Source: Octopus vulgaris (lineage: Eukaryota). From it: 64,000 nt of DNA. Position numbers and translations under genes: made by a program. Positions within the stretch are counted from its first letter, which is position 1, and every line of letters begins with the position of its first letter. Positions 25,498-39,369 of this stretch are shown piece by piece. The notes beneath the pieces were generated by a model, which did not search any database, had not been told where the DNA came from, and saw only the letters and a program-made list of their open reading frames with translations. The DNA lies in the NCBI GenBank assembly GCA_951406725.2, contig OX597814.1:84506001-84570000 (forward strand). The letters run 5' to 3'.

Positions 25498-26250
25498 GAT
25501 GAACAGGACTTTGAGTCTCGTCTGCAGACCACCTCGACAATACAGGGCAATGACCTTATCATCATAGCTGGTGACTTCAATAATATGTTGGACAACACTC
25601 AAATGGATTTTATGGTGTTCATGGAGGTTTCAGATTTGGCACTAGAAATGAGGAAAAAACAAGACTTCTACAGTTCTGTAATTTAAATAACTTGCTGGTC
25701 TGCAGCACTAACTTCAGGAAACTAGCCAACCATCTAATCATTTATCAGTCTGGTGAGCACTCAAGCCAGATTGACTATATTCTCACCAGAATTGGGGATA
25801 GACAGATGCTTGTAAATGTAAAGTCCTTTCCCAATGAGTCAACATTGAGTTAGTGGTTAGCAACTTCAGAGTTAGAGCTAGATGGATATAGAAATGCAAA
25901 CCAGTCTAGAAAAGGAAATTATGGAAGCTCAAAAGTCCATTAAACAGTCATTCATTTAGAGACATTCTGGTTAAAGCATTTGATGAGAAAGAGAGAGGTG
26001 GTTTTGGCATATAATGTAGAGGTAGCTGGAAGTTCTTAAGGTACAACTTTATAAAAGTTGCTGACTAAATCTATGGCTCAGTCAAAGTTACTGTCAGATG
26101 GAGAGTGACATGGTGGTGGATATGGTGGGCTAGAGGTAGATGAGTGTACAGAGGTTCTGTTAGTAAGGTGAGAGTTAACAAAAAAGTACAGTGATGGATT
26201 TAGCATACAGATAAGCCTCCATCAGGGTTCAGGTCTCACTCCCCTCCTGC
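25498..26250 (+). mobile_element. Degraded RTE-like LINE: AP-endonuclease plus RT fragments
   Basis: IIAGDFN motif, SQIDYIL remnant and LHQGS remnant; frameshifted. Confidence 0.7.
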
Positions 26251-26340
26251 CTCACTCTTTACCTTCATGATTGGTCTGCATCATGGTTTCTAAGTCTCCC
26301 TGATATACAAGTCTCCTGGTTTCTAAGTCTCCCTGATATA

Positions 26341-26559
26341 CAAGGGGGTGCTGAAAATTTTCTGATTTTAGGTAAAAGAAAATATAGGAGGATCAGTTAA
26401 TTATGATTTTATTGAACATATTCCCCTCTCAGATTCACATACTTATTGCAGCAGTCCTTCATTTTTTTTCTAAGCCATATAAAAGAACTCAGAAGGTTGG
26501 ACCTCCAACCAGGCCTCTTGAGATACCCTCAAAGCCAGGAACTTTTCAGCATCCCCTCA
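26341..26559. mobile_element. Tc1/mariner-type MITE
   Basis: TIRs CAAGGGGGTGCTGAAAA / TTTTCAGCATCCCCTCA, each flanked by TA. Confidence 0.7.
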
Positions 26560-26563
26560 TATA

Positions 26564-28335
26564 ATCATCATCATCATTGTTTAACATCTGTTTTCCATGC
26601 TGGCATGTGTTGGATGGTTTGACTGAGGACTGGCAGGCCAGGAGGCCGCAGCAGGCTCCAGTCTGATCTGGTAATATTTCTACAGCTGGATGCCCTTCTT
26701 AATGCTCTGAGAGTGTAGTGGGTGCTTTTTATGTGCCACCAGCATGGGAGCCGTTAGGCAGCACTGGCATTGGCCATGTTCGAATGGTGCTTTTTACATG
26801 CCACCGGCACAGGAGCCAGTCAGGTTGGCAGCACTGGCATTGACTATATTCGGATGGTACTTTTTATGTGCCACCAGCATGGGGAGCCAGTCAGGCAACA
26901 TTGGCAACAACCCATGCATGAATGGTGCTTATTGCATGCCACCAGCACAGGAATCAGTCAGGCAGCACTAGCAGTGGCCACAACTACAATTTCTATTTGA
27001 TTTGATTTTGACTCAATAGGTCTCCTCAAGCACGGCATATCATCTGACGATTCAAAGGTACTTTTGAAGTGGGCTGGTTATGCGACACTGGTGTAAGCTA
27101 TGGCTGTGATCTCACTTTACTTGCCTGGTCTTCTCAATCATAGCATATCTCCAGAGGTCTCGGTCTTTTGTCATTGCCTCTGTGAGGCCCAATGTTCAAA
27201 GGTCATGCTTCACCACCTCATCAAATGTCTTTCTGGGTCTAACCTCTTCCATGGGTTCCTTCCACTGTTAGGGAGTAACACTTCTTCACACAGCTTTCCT
27301 CATCCATATGCAGCACATGACCATACCAGCACAGTCATCTCTTTTGCACACCACATTTGATGCTTATGTCCAACATTTCTCTCAGGGCGCTTACACTCTG
27401 TTCTGTGTGCACACTGACATTACACATCTAGTGGATCATACTAGCTTCATTTCTTTCAAGCTTACGCATGTCTTCAGCAGTCATGGCCCATGTTTCACTG
27501 CCATGTAGCATGGCAGTTTGCACACATGCATCATACAATCTACCTTTCACTCTGAGGAGCTTCCTGAACTTTGCCCATGATATTCTTATTCTAGTGGCAA
27601 CACTCTCTGAGCATCCACCCCCACTACAGACTTGATCACCTAAGTAGCAGAAGCTATCAACTACTTCTAGCATCTGCAGTGTTTATTGCCCATGCATCTG
27701 CTGCACACAAAAGCTATCTTGCCGGTTAACCTTCCTTTGATGTTGCTGCACCTCTTATATGTCCATAGCTTACACTAGGTACACCTTTTCTACAGATCAA
27801 GCAGGGCCATCTACCTGAAGAGGTTTGTGATGTGCTTTCTTTCCTACTTACTAGGACTTTGGTTTTTGTTAGGTTAACTCTAAGGCCCTTTGATTAGAAA
27901 CCTTGCATCCACAACTAAAATTTCTCCTCTAGTTCTAATAGTGATTCTGCTATGAGAGTAAGATCATCAGCATAGAGGAGTTCCCAGGGGCAACCTGTCT
28001 TGAATTCCTCTGTTATTGTCTGGAGGACTATGATGACTAAGAGAGGGCTGAGGGCTGATCCTTGGTGAACCCCTACTTGTCCCAGGAATTCTTCACTGTA
28101 CTCATTGCCAACCCTTACCTTACTAACAGCATACCTGTACAGCTCTTATTAACCACTTGTCAATCCCCAGTTTCCACATTGCCCACCAGATAAGGGATCG
28201 GAGGATCCTATCAAAGGCTTTCTCCAAGTCAACAAAAGCCAAGGATAGGGATTTATCTTTGGCTAGGTATTTCTCCTGCAGTTGTCATATCAGTGGTGCT
28301 TCTACCGAGCTCAAAACCAAATTGCATCGCGTCTA
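26564..28335 (-). mobile_element. 5'-truncated RTE-clade LINE with a (GAT)n tail
   Basis: RT remnants (LEVVDSFCYLGDQ, MLHGSETW, LLYADDL); internally repeated 3'UTR; same family as 50800-52848. Confidence 0.88.
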
Positions 28336-29293
28336 AGCAGACTCTCTCCCTAATTAGTTGTGTGTGTGTGTGTGTGTGTACGCGCATGTGCATGTGTGTG
28401 TGTGCGTGTGTGTGTGACAAGCTTCTTTCAGTTTCCATCTACCAAATCCAACTCACAAGACTTTGGTCAGCTCAAGGCTATAGTACAAGACATTTGCCCA
28501 GAGCACCACACAATGGGACTAAATCTGCGTAACATGTGGTTGGGAAGCAAGCTTCTTACTACACAGCCATGCCTTGTCAGTTAGTTATCCATAATTTTTT
28601 TAAATGCACACTCTAAAAAGAGAAATTAAATGGTTCTTTTGTGAATAAAATTATAAACCTTCACTATACAAGTTGGCTACAGAAAATTTATAAGTGGTTA
28701 TTATTTTCATTATGTTGAACAGTATATTTCTGATTATAGCCCATAACTAGTCAGAACGTTTCTGATGGCTTCATACTGACAATTCCACTTGGTAATATTG
28801 ACCTAAGAAGAATATAATACAACTCTTTTCATAACTACATAAAGCACCCGACTGGAGAAGCAGCTATAAAACAGAAACCACATGGTGGCCTCTTTTAATA
28901 CACCCTGGGACAAAGGGGCACATTAATTATCAGTTAGCTGTCCATAAATCAGACAAAAAAAACACCCTCTCAAACAGAAATTGAGTGGTTATATTTTTAT
29001 AACATTAAACAGTATATTACTGGTTATGGCATTTAACTGATCAGAATGTTACCAATAATTTCTTGCCAACTATTTAAAATTCTTCTGCTTTTACTGAAGT
29101 TAAAATGGCATCACTCAAGGATCTAAACTGCATTATATAAATCAACTACTTATACCATCATCATCATCATCACCTTAATGCCCACTTTTCCATGCTTGCA
29201 TAGGTCAGAAGAAATTTGTTAAGGTGAATTTTCTACACCTGTCACCAGCCCTCACCTGTTTCCATACAAACGCACATACACACATATGTATGT

Positions 29294-29831
29294 ATTACAT
29301 GGAAAAATGCAAGCAAGAGAAATAATATTCTTAAGATTATAAAACTGGAAAAGTACAGGACAAATTATTTCACTTTGAAAAGTCCAGGACAACTTATTAC
29401 ATCTGGTAAAGTACAGAACAAGAAATTTTTTACTTAAAATATTGCAGCTAAGGATAAAATTTCAAATAATGTTTTTAGATTTAAAAAATATTAGCTTTTA
29501 CTGCCTAAGTTATTGCCAAGTCTTCTCATTTGCCTATTTTTTACATAATGGATTTGCCTACCATTATACTATTCTACTTAGCTTAAAGCTTTAGCTATAT
29601 TGGTACTTCTGGCTCTCATTTTTTAAGTGTTCTAGTGTGTCAATATTTTAACAAAATGATGGTACCTTTTTTAATTATAATGTTATTTTCTAAATTAAAA
29701 TCAAATAATTTTTAATACTCAAATTTTATCCTTAGCTGCAATATTTTAAGTAAAAATTTTCTTGTCCTGTACTTTTCCAGTTTTATAATCTTAAGAATAT
29801 TATTGCTCTTGCTTGCATTTTTCCATGTAAT
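29294..29831. mobile_element. MITE-like element with long (about 120-170 bp) terminal inverted repeats
   Basis: ATTACATGGAAAAATGCAAGCAAGAG... / ...CTCTTGCTTGCATTTTTTCCATGTAAT. Confidence 0.7.
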
Positions 29832-31357
29832 CCATGTTTCTTCCAGGCTATCCTATTATGCTAATTAATAATGTATCAAATGTGTGAATTAGCGGTGTCG
29901 TTGATACCTTACCCCAATGATGCCAGTGACATATATTAAAAGTCCCTTATAGAACTATCTTCATAAAAGTATAGAACTATATTATCACCCTCAAATTTGA
30001 GAAACAAACACTCATAACTTTTTTCGTTTAAAAGTTCATTTCATGAGATTGATACCATGAAATTCTTCAAATTGAGCTCTCTCATTTAAGCTTAATTAAA
30101 ATATAGTTTGTTTTTAAAATAAAAAAGTTAATTATACTTAAATCCAATTTTTTGCCTAATATTTTTTTATGTGGTATTTTACCTCACAACTTTTTTGATG
30201 CAAATTTTTATTGCATGAGCCAAAACTATGAAACTTGGCCTGCATTCTTCTATCATTGAAGCTAAGATAAATATATCTTGCTTTTAAAATATAAAAAAGT
30301 TATTTACATCTAAACTTGATTGGTGGCATTACTTACTCTCCTATAATGTTGCTACAAATTTTAATGTAAACTTTTTTCTACTGGACCAAATCTCAATTTG
30401 TTTATGCCAAAATGTAGCTAGGGACCAGTCCTCTTCAAAAATGTTAATAGTTTTCAATTTGGTTAAGAACTGAATTAGCGATAAGCTCTGAAATATGCTG
30501 CATGTGAGTAAATTGTGGCCTTAAGAATATTATTCAACTACAACCATAGTTGAATGATACACATGCTCACACACACACGTTTTATCATTTCATGCCTAGA
30601 TACAAATAGTAATAATAGTTTATTGATGCATCTTCTACACACAAATATTCTACACCATTCACTCTAATAACATTTGGTTGATTAAGAAACGTTCACATAT
30701 CAACATACAATTACTATCACATAATCCAGTCTTTTCCCAGTCCACTCCTTCATCTTCCAAACTATGATAGGTTGGAACTCACTTGTCACCTCCTCCCTAT
30801 ATATATATCAATATCAATGTTCACCAAGTGCATTGATCTCACCAATTATTGTTAAGCTCACTGCCATCAATTCATCACAGAAGTGTTCACTGCCATCAAT
30901 TCACCATGAAGAAAGTTCACTGCCATCAATTCACTGTGAGGAAAGTTTACTGAGAAAACATATCAATTGTATCTCACCATTAATAATTAAAAACTATTTT
31001 ATTGAGGAAAAAACGAAAGTAATGACGATCACTTTGCTCACAGTGAACATTCCTTATGGTGGACTTACCCTATGGTAAATTGATGACAGTGAACTTACCA
31101 GACATGGATCTCACCAATTGGGGATAGCATGAAATGATGCAATGCTTTGCACTAAATAAAATGGGAATGTTGATTCTGATAATATTGTGATAATATCAAG
31201 GAATATTATAAGGGACCTTTGAATAAAGAATATATATATATAAATATTGAAATGAAATTTTAACTAACAATTTAACTGCAATTTAAAATTTACATTTTCT
31301 AGCTTTAGCATTAGCAAATATGTTGATTACTAGGAGTTTGTTCAATCTGTTTTGACT

Positions 31358-32373
31358 TGTAGAATGACCGAGCAAAAGGAGAGGTAACGAATGAATGACT
31401 CCTTTAATACACCGCACGATCGCTTACAATAAAAGCCAAAAATGGATAAATGAGTACAAGTGCCAGAAGGAAAAGAAAGACAATACAACCATAGAATATT
31501 AAGAGAAAGGTTTTATTTATGTGTTAGCAGAGTGTGTGTCTGTGTGTGTGACATAAGTACATATATAATAATAATAATAATAGACAGGCCGTCATGCATA
31601 CATAATGTGTGTGTGTACAAACAAGGGTGTATGCGTGTGAGATAAAATACAGAGCATAGAAAGAGTCTATAACAGGACACTAGAAGAAGTTCAGACACAA
31701 TGAAGATAAATACCAGTTCGTAGTAAGGTACACAATAGTTGAAGAGCTGTAACAAGAAGTTGGGACGTAAAAGCAGAGCCAGTTGAAGCATGTGTCGTGT
31801 AAGCAGTTGTGGCTACAATGCCGCTGTCGGTCACTTGATACAGGAGATCTCACAGGTAGTACTTTCTGTTAACCACAGTGAAGTGATTCACAAACAGTGA
31901 GGAGTTAAACCTGAGCGAATGTTGCTGTGTACGTAGAGATGTTGCTGACGACATTAAGATGAAGGCAATGGAGATGGAGGTCCTGAATGTTGCTGAACGA
32001 AGTGTTGATGTTTCTCCAAGTTATTGCTGGTGTAGTCACTAGAACTGGCTGTGTGCTCTGTGGTCAGTGGTGAGACCTTAGATGGTTTAGAACCAAAGAC
32101 AAAATATGGTTTTTTAACTAGCTTTTATAGGAATTAGGAGGCTCCAACAGGGAATTTAGAAGACTGTGTCACAGGACCTTGTCAGAAGGCTGAGATTGGT
32201 TGGGTTGCACATTGGCACGTAATAGAGCAAGAGACAAATTGCGCCAATACCAACCAATCAGAGTAGTGGACACAACAGGGTCCAAACGGCCAAAGTTTAG
32301 TTGTTATCTGCTACATCCGTATTTATGTTATATATAAAAGAGAGAGAGAGAATTTCACTAAGCGTCTGCTACA
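31358..32373 (-). mobile_element. Solo LTR, Gypsy-like, about 1 kb
   Basis: Termini TGTAG...CTACA with a 4-bp TSD GACT on both sides. On the minus strand: CCAAT boxes near 32200-32260, TATA box CTATAAAA near 32125, AATAAA near 31515. Confidence 0.65.
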
Positions 32374-32459
32374 GACTCATTGTGCTCCTAAGTTCATTTT
32401 TAATCATTTTCAGTTTTGAAAATGATCTTTCTCTACACTATTGTTGGTAACTTTAATTG

Positions 32460-32540
<81 letters not shown>

Positions 32541-32553
32541 TGTGTGTATATAT

Positions 32554-32777
32554 ATTCTGTAAATAATATTAATATTTTATAAGCTTAAGGCTTATAAGCA
32601 ACCACGGTGTATTGACTAAAGAAAATAGTCTAACATTGAGACATATAAGCCCTCAATAGAAAAAAGTGGGTTTTCTGTCAAGGGCTTATATGCTCCAATA
32701 TGAGATTATTTTCTTTAGTCAATATACAGTGATTGCTTATAAGCTTTAAGCTTATAAAATATTATTATTTACAGAAT
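32554..32777. repeat. About 220-bp fold-back palindrome
   Basis: TTCTGTAAATAATA...AAGCCCT / AGGGCTT...TATTATTTACAGAA. Confidence 0.85.
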
Positions 32778-32808
32778 TGTCTCAAATCATCACAGAAAAC
32801 ATATATCA

Positions 32809-33200
32809 TTGTCATCATCATTTAACATCTGCCGTCTATGCTAGTATGGGTGTGACGTTTTCACAAGAGCCAGGCAGACAGAAGCCTGTACCAGGCTTCT
32901 GTGACTGTTTTGGCAGGATTTTTACAGCTGGATGCCCTTCCTAACACCAACCACTCAGCAGAATGGACTTAGTGCTTTTTATGTGGCACAGGCAGAGGTT
33001 AGGTGAGTTTTGGCACTGCATAAAGAAGTGCCAATCACTGAAAGTGGATGGTATGTGCAGAAGAGGGAGACCCAGGAAGATGTGGAATGAAGAGATAAGG
33101 ACTGATCTCAGGATGTTGGGCCTCATGAATTATATGATAATGGACTGAGATGTCTGGCGATATAAAGTTATAGAGAAGACGCACCCATGTCAGTGAAACT
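32809..33200. mobile_element. RTE LINE 3' fragments in opposite orientations
   Basis: Minus-strand tail with (CAT)n followed by a plus-strand GRPRKMW...DLRMLGL remnant. Confidence 0.7.
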
Positions 33201-34012
33201 GAGTTCTAGAAGCACTGTGTCTCACCTACACTTAAAAAGTAAACTTCTCACACACTCTACTACAACAAACTAAATTATGTCTCTACATTTATTCTCTTCC
33301 TTACGTTTCTGCTTCATGTACTATGCTTACCTCCCACTCCCCAGTTCTGTCCTCTTGGCCCTATGCCACCATATCATGCCACCAGACCTGTGTGTTCCAC
33401 CCACAAGTAACAAGAAAACTTTTCACTCACCCTACCCCAACAAACCAATCTATATCTTCACATCTCTTTCTCACATTTCCTCCTTCATAAACTATGCCTA
33501 GCTCTCACTCCCCAATCCTGTCCTTACAGCCCTGTTCCTCTGTATCATTGCTATCTGGTAGCCCCCTGACTCAATATATATACCCAGATTTTCGAACCTC
33601 AAGGGTATGCCCTGGCACTTGCCACCATCCATATCTCTCTCTTCCTTTACTCAACCATCCCATTTATACTCTGATCCCCATCCATTGTGAGTATGCCCAG
33701 CATTTTTCCACCATCTCTGTCTTGCTGTCTCCCACTCTCTATCTTTCCTCCTGCACTTCCCTCAGGTTGGGTAACCATGTATTTCCTTTGCGTTAGTGCA
33801 CCTGTTTCTGTTTTCATTCCTGATCTCTCTCTCTCTCTCTTTCTCCAGCCAGGTAACCTTGTACTTCCTCTATGGCAACACCTGTTTCTACGGCAAGACA
33901 CCTTTCATCATCTGACACAACATCACCTCCTCCAATTCCCCCATCCCCTCTTTTTTTTTTTTGTCTTGCAAGTACTTGGTGACTCTGTCAGTGCAGGTAC
34001 CACTTAAAAGCA

Positions 34013-34057
<45 letters not shown>

Positions 34058-34061
34058 TGCA

Positions 34062-34109
<48 letters not shown>

Positions 34110-34129
34110 CATACACACACACACATATA

Positions 34130-34531
34130 TCTATATATATAAAACTGAAGTTGTGTGGTGTCTGTCTCCTACGATTTAGATTCCTAACTACTCCCACATT
34201 TTGCGGTGCAGTTTAACCAAAAGCGAGTATCTTATAGTCGTGATTCATATCGAGCCCTTCTGGGTATTAGCGCGCGTCTACAATGAGTCTACGATTTTAA
34301 AAAAAATTTACCATAATTTTTTCCATTTTTAATGCATTTTTTTTGCTATTATATAAGGGAAGTAACTCTCTAAAAATGTCTACGATGAGTCTACGATTTA
34401 AAAAAAAAATTTACCATCATTATTTTCCATTTTTAATGCATTTTTTTGCTATTATATAAGGGAAGTAGCTCTCTAAAAATGCTTAAATAGTTATTTCCCT
34501 TACAAACCTGAGCAACGCTGGGCGATACTGC

Positions 34532-34535
<4 letters not shown>
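34130..34535 (+). mobile_element. Non-autonomous Helitron
   Basis: 5' TCTATATATATAAAA; 3' hairpin CCTGAGCAACGCTGGG followed by a degenerate end; homologous to 38257-38775. Confidence 0.75.
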
Positions 34536-34559
<24 letters not shown>

Positions 34560-34562
<3 letters not shown>

Positions 34563-35207
34563 CTAGAGGTTGTGTGCTGTCTGTCTCCTACGATTTAGAT
34601 TCCTTACTCCCACATTTTGCTGTGCAGTTTAACCAAAACTGGGTATCTTATAGTCGTGATTCATATTGAGCCCTTCTGGGTATTAGCGCACGCGTCTACG
34701 ATCAGTCTACGATTTAAAAAAAAATTTACCATCAATTTTCCCCATTTTTAATGCATTTTTGGCATATATAAGGGAAGTAACTCTCTAAAAATTTATTATT
34801 AAATCTCAGAATGTAAAAAGTTACAGTAAGTTTGTGGTTAGCCATATTGAGATGGCTATTATACTTTACATCTCTAAAAATGTATCGCCCGGCGTTGCTC
34901 AGGTTTGTAAGGGAAATAACTATATAAGCATTTTTAGAGATGTAAAGTATAATAGCCATCTCAATATGGCTAACCACAAAGGGGGGTGTTACTGTAGCTT
35001 TTTACGTTCTGAGATTTAATAATAAATTTTTAGAGAGTTACTTCCCTTATATATGCCAAAAATGCATTAAAAATGGGAAAAATTGATGGTAAATTTTTTT
35101 TTAAATCGTAGACTCATCGTAGACGCGCGCTAATACCCAGAAGGGCTCATTAGGAATCTAAGTCGTAGGAGACAGACAGCACACAACCTCTCTTTTATAT
35201 ATAAAGA
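34560..35207. mobile_element. Two Helitron copies joined tail-to-tail, forming an inverted repeat
   Basis: A plus copy at about 34560-34882 and a minus copy at about 34883-35207 share near-identical sequence; the minus copy has a 5' TC end at 35207. Confidence 0.75.
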
Positions 35208-36589
35208 TATGTGTAGGAAGTGAGATTGGCACTGGTTGGGTGCCTCACAATTCCTTACATAGTTGTAGAAAGGAAAATAGCGGGAACAAGAATCTCTGAA
35301 CAAATAACAATAATAATTTATTTTCGTTGAAATAAGCATTTCATCTCTGGACATCGATAGCCTGGATGCCGGGGGAGGGGGGGCAGCAGAGTCAGTTTAA
35401 TCACAATTGTGAAGGAATTCTTCACAGATTTGCCTAAGTCGTGGATTGCCTACACACAGAGCTTGTTTGGTTGTGTCTAGTTTGGTCGGCGGGAGGAGCG
35501 AAGAGAGAGAATAGCGGTCAAGCCTAGCTGCTGCTGATGACTGCACATGCGCATAAAGGACTTCTGGCAGGCCTTCCGGAAGACACTAATCCTTGTGCAT
35601 GTGTGGATGAAAATCCCAAAATGGCGTCTGGAACCAGGCGTCACTACGAGGCTCCCCCTCGAGTGTGGAAGCATGAAAATAGAAAGATTGTAGTGGCGCC
35701 AGAACAAGACGGCTACCGATCACCCACAAGATGTGGCACAAAATATGACAACTCAAAAAAAAAAATGTAATCACAATATAAATGAGCATGCACAAAAAAA
35801 AAACCTTGTAATGACGCCTGGTTCCAGACGTCACTACATATATATATATATATATATATACAACGGGCTTCCACTCAGTTTCCAACAACTAAATACATTC
35901 ACAAGGCATTGGTTGGACTGGGGCTGTAGTAGAAGACACTAACCCACAGTGGAACTGAACCCAAACCCTCATGGATGCAAAGAGAGCTTCTTAACCACAT
36001 AGCTATGCCTGGTGGAGGTCACTAGAGAATTTGATTAACACACTGAATCCAAGTGTAAGTGCTTGCATGGAACTTTCCAAACTGAGAAATGTTCCAAGTT
36101 TATAAGTATTACACCATTTGGGGAATACTACAAAAAAAATTTCTCTCTGCACTCCAACTTTAGCTGGATTGAAACCAAGCTATTTTATCAAATTGTACTT
36201 AATTTTATGGAACACAAATGCCATATTTGAATGACCATTAACTATGAATTACTTAGAAAGGGCAGTAAATAAAATGAATACAATTCCACTATTTACTATT
36301 TGACATAAATTTAATATTTACCTGCTAGAAAATGACAAATTTGAAATATTTAGTTTAGTTCCGAAAGAGAATGGCTTATACAGTAAATTATGTTAGCATT
36401 CCTTCCTTCATTGCGATTCCCACCTTTAAAAAGGACCTCAGATAAGGCTCCCACCACTCAAAAATACAGAAATGTGTGACATTTTTGAACAAGCCATCAA
36501 TATCTAGTAACCACCAATATCCCCAATACACCAGAAATTTACAGTTCCTATCAGATGTGTTGATGAAGCACTTTTTGTCTGTCATTTCA

Positions 36590-37740
36590 CCAACTCCAGC
36601 ATGTCCAGATCAAGTTTTTGTTCCTTACTCTCTCTATATATATTAATGACTTACTTATCCCTATATCCAACAATGCCTACTCTTACATGGATGACATTGC
36701 TGTTCCCCACAAACATTCCTCAACAATGCTTATCCACACACCAAACCTGCAAAGACATCATGAGCAGAGACTTTGAAAGCATTGTCCACTGGGGATATAT
36801 CATTCTTGTCTCTTTCAGCAGCAAGAAATCACTAATGCAGTTCATATCAAGAAAACATCATCAAACTATATCCCTTAATCATGAGCACCACTAACTCCAA
36901 ACAATGGCTCCCACTATCAGTGGTGGGCTGGGTCAAAAAATATTGGTTGCTAGGAGACTAAGGAGGCCCACCTGCATCTACAATGCTATCATTTAATTTT
37001 TTTTTTTTTTTTGTTAAAAGTATTCTTTTCAACTGTCTTCAAACACAGCCAGGCTGAAATAATTTATGCATTCTTCCAGGAGTGAATTAAAAATTTTCCA
37101 ACTTGAGGGAATGGGCTCCCATATATGGATTCTTAATTGTGCAGGGGCCCACTTACCATCAGGCAAGCTGGCAACCCGCCACTGCTCACTATCACTGAAG
37201 ATCTCTCCTGGTGAAAGCAAAGCCTTAACATAGCTAGGAGTGCACTCAAATAACCAGCTTTCCTCTTCAAAATCAGAAGGTATTCCATACCCTTCCAATC
37301 ATTGGCACTCTACTAAGTTCAACTGAAGCCTGAGTATTGTTCTCAGATTTGGGATGCTGTTGCTACACAGAACCACACCAAGTAAAGGCCCACTCAACTG
37401 ATTGACACACAGTCACTCACAAACACATTCGAAGTCTCTGGCCCACAAGGGTGTTGTCTTCTGTCTCTACCTTTTCTACCATTACAATGAAGGCTTTTGC
37501 ACCTCAGAGTTGGTCGGTTGGGTTCATGCCACTCACATTCAGCATTCTCTATCCATTTATCTCTTCTCTTCTCATCACCCTTATTATGCTTAACATCCCA
37601 GACTTCACACTATTCACTATGCCCAGTCCTCCCTCTTTCCAATGTTGGTCCTCTGGAATCATTTCTCTGTTCATTTCTTGCAGGTATTAATGTACAAAGG
37701 TTTAAAAGGAACATTAATTGCATTAAACTCACCATCTAGG
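36590..37740 (+). mobile_element. Degraded non-LTR retrotransposon RT (CR1/jockey-group-like)
   Basis: YSYMDD (YADD-like) and ARRL/EYCS-type remnants; interrupted by a MITE. Confidence 0.55.
36918..37184. mobile_element. hAT-type MITE
   Basis: TIRs CAGTGGTGGG / CCCGCCACTG; 8-bp TSD CCCACTAT / CTCACTAT. Confidence 0.7.
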
Positions 37741-38207
37741 AGAGACTGTGAAAACCATGGGCAATTCTTTTCCCTCCCAGATCCAGCAAGTAAATCCTTC
37801 TCTACCATTTTTTTTCTGTATATCAACACCATCAACTTTTATGGTAATGCCTCAAACCAAAAGTTTCTCTGCAGTAAATAAAAATGGTGCACTCTTTGCT
37901 ATAAATTTTGATTCTCTTTCAAAACCAAATATAAAAATACACAGCTTAAATGCTAAAACATTATGTGATTTTACTGATATATAGTATTGTTACCTAAGTG
38001 ATTAAAATACTAAAATGAAATATTTTCTTCTAATGCATAGCCTTAATATAATGTACATGAATGTGTTTACTTTAGTTTCATTTGACAGCAGTTGTTGTCA
38101 TTATTGTTGCTATTGAGATGATGAAGAAGACAATGTTGATGACAGTGATAATGATGATAATGATTTAAAAATGGGATAAAAATAAATAAGTAGTAAAGTG
38201 TATAAAA

Positions 38208-38256
<49 letters not shown>

Positions 38257-38257
<1 letters not shown>

Positions 38258-38757
38258 TAGCAGTATCGCCCGGCGTTGCTCGGGTTTGTAAGGGAAATAA
38301 CTATATAAGCATTTTTAGAGACTTACTTCCCTTATAGATGCCAATTCGGGCTTTCTTAGCCATTTCTGTTTTGGTGTCTTCAAGCCATGAAGTCGTTGTT
38401 CTAAAAGAACGCTGGTCTCCTTGACAACGCATTACGACGTTGATTTCCTTAAACTCCCTTCCCCACAGCTTCACGAGGGAGGGAAGAAGGGGGAGAAGCA
38501 AACACAGGTGCAGGTGTTTGAGCGTGGACACCAACTCCGCCGTCATCGACACACGAAAAATTATGCATTAAAATGGAATAAAAAATGATGTTAAATTATT
38601 TTTAAAATCGTAGACTCATCGTAGACGCGCGCTAATAGCCAGACGGGCTCGATATTAATCACGACTATAAGATACCCGAATTTGGTTAAACTGCACCGCA
38701 AAATGTGGGAGGAGTTAGGAATCTAAATCGAAGGGGACAGACACTCACACAACTAGA

Positions 38758-38775
<18 letters not shown>
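38257..38775 (-). mobile_element. Non-autonomous Helitron inserted in a (TA)n tract
   Basis: Minus-strand 3' end CCCGAGCAACGCCGGG-CGATACTG-CTAG, i.e. a GC hairpin followed by CTAG. Confidence 0.82.
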
Positions 38776-38792
<17 letters not shown>

Positions 38793-38947
38793 GGTTAAAC
38801 AAAAGTGCTTGCACACTAGAAAAAAACTTCCTCGCCAAAAAGGTTAGTAACACCCTCATAATGGATTTCATAACATTAATTTTTGTTTTATCTAAAAAAA
38901 AAAGTCACCTGTACACTTCAAAAACTGTATTTAGTAATTCTCTAAGC

Positions 38948-38994
<47 letters not shown>

Positions 38995-39369
38995 CAAGCC
39001 AAAGAATGAACTTACTGGTATCATTTATTCCTTACCGGGTCAGATTTAATACATGAGGTGGGGAGCTGAAGGACTTCAAATTTGGTGGGCCCCTTGGAAA
39101 ATTAGCAAATTTAAATCTCAAAGCCCATCTTTTGCATGTAATTGTATTTGACAAGTTAGTAGAGAAAGTTTAAATAAACAATTGAAAATGTCGCTTTATA
39201 GACACACTTTTCAAAATTTAATTTTTTCTCTCACACATCAACTTGCAGTGTTTGACTTTTCCTTCATTATGAGAAGTACAATGAAGGAAGGAAGAGGGAG
39301 TTACAAATGTTTCAGAATGTAGAATATGATAAAATGAGAGAAAGTTATGAAAAAGAAAAGTATATCAAG

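Noticed and set aside
26720-26990. Regularly spaced repeats of about 60 bp resembling a CRISPR array (also 52190-52690 and 58295-58600)
   Set aside because: Degenerate tandem units of the RTE 3'UTR; spacers are mutually similar, context is eukaryotic, and there are no cas genes.
30855-30950. Tandem GTTCACTGCCATCAATTCA repeats and the 104-aa ORF over them
   Set aside because: A minisatellite, likely a transposon subterminal repeat; no protein homology.
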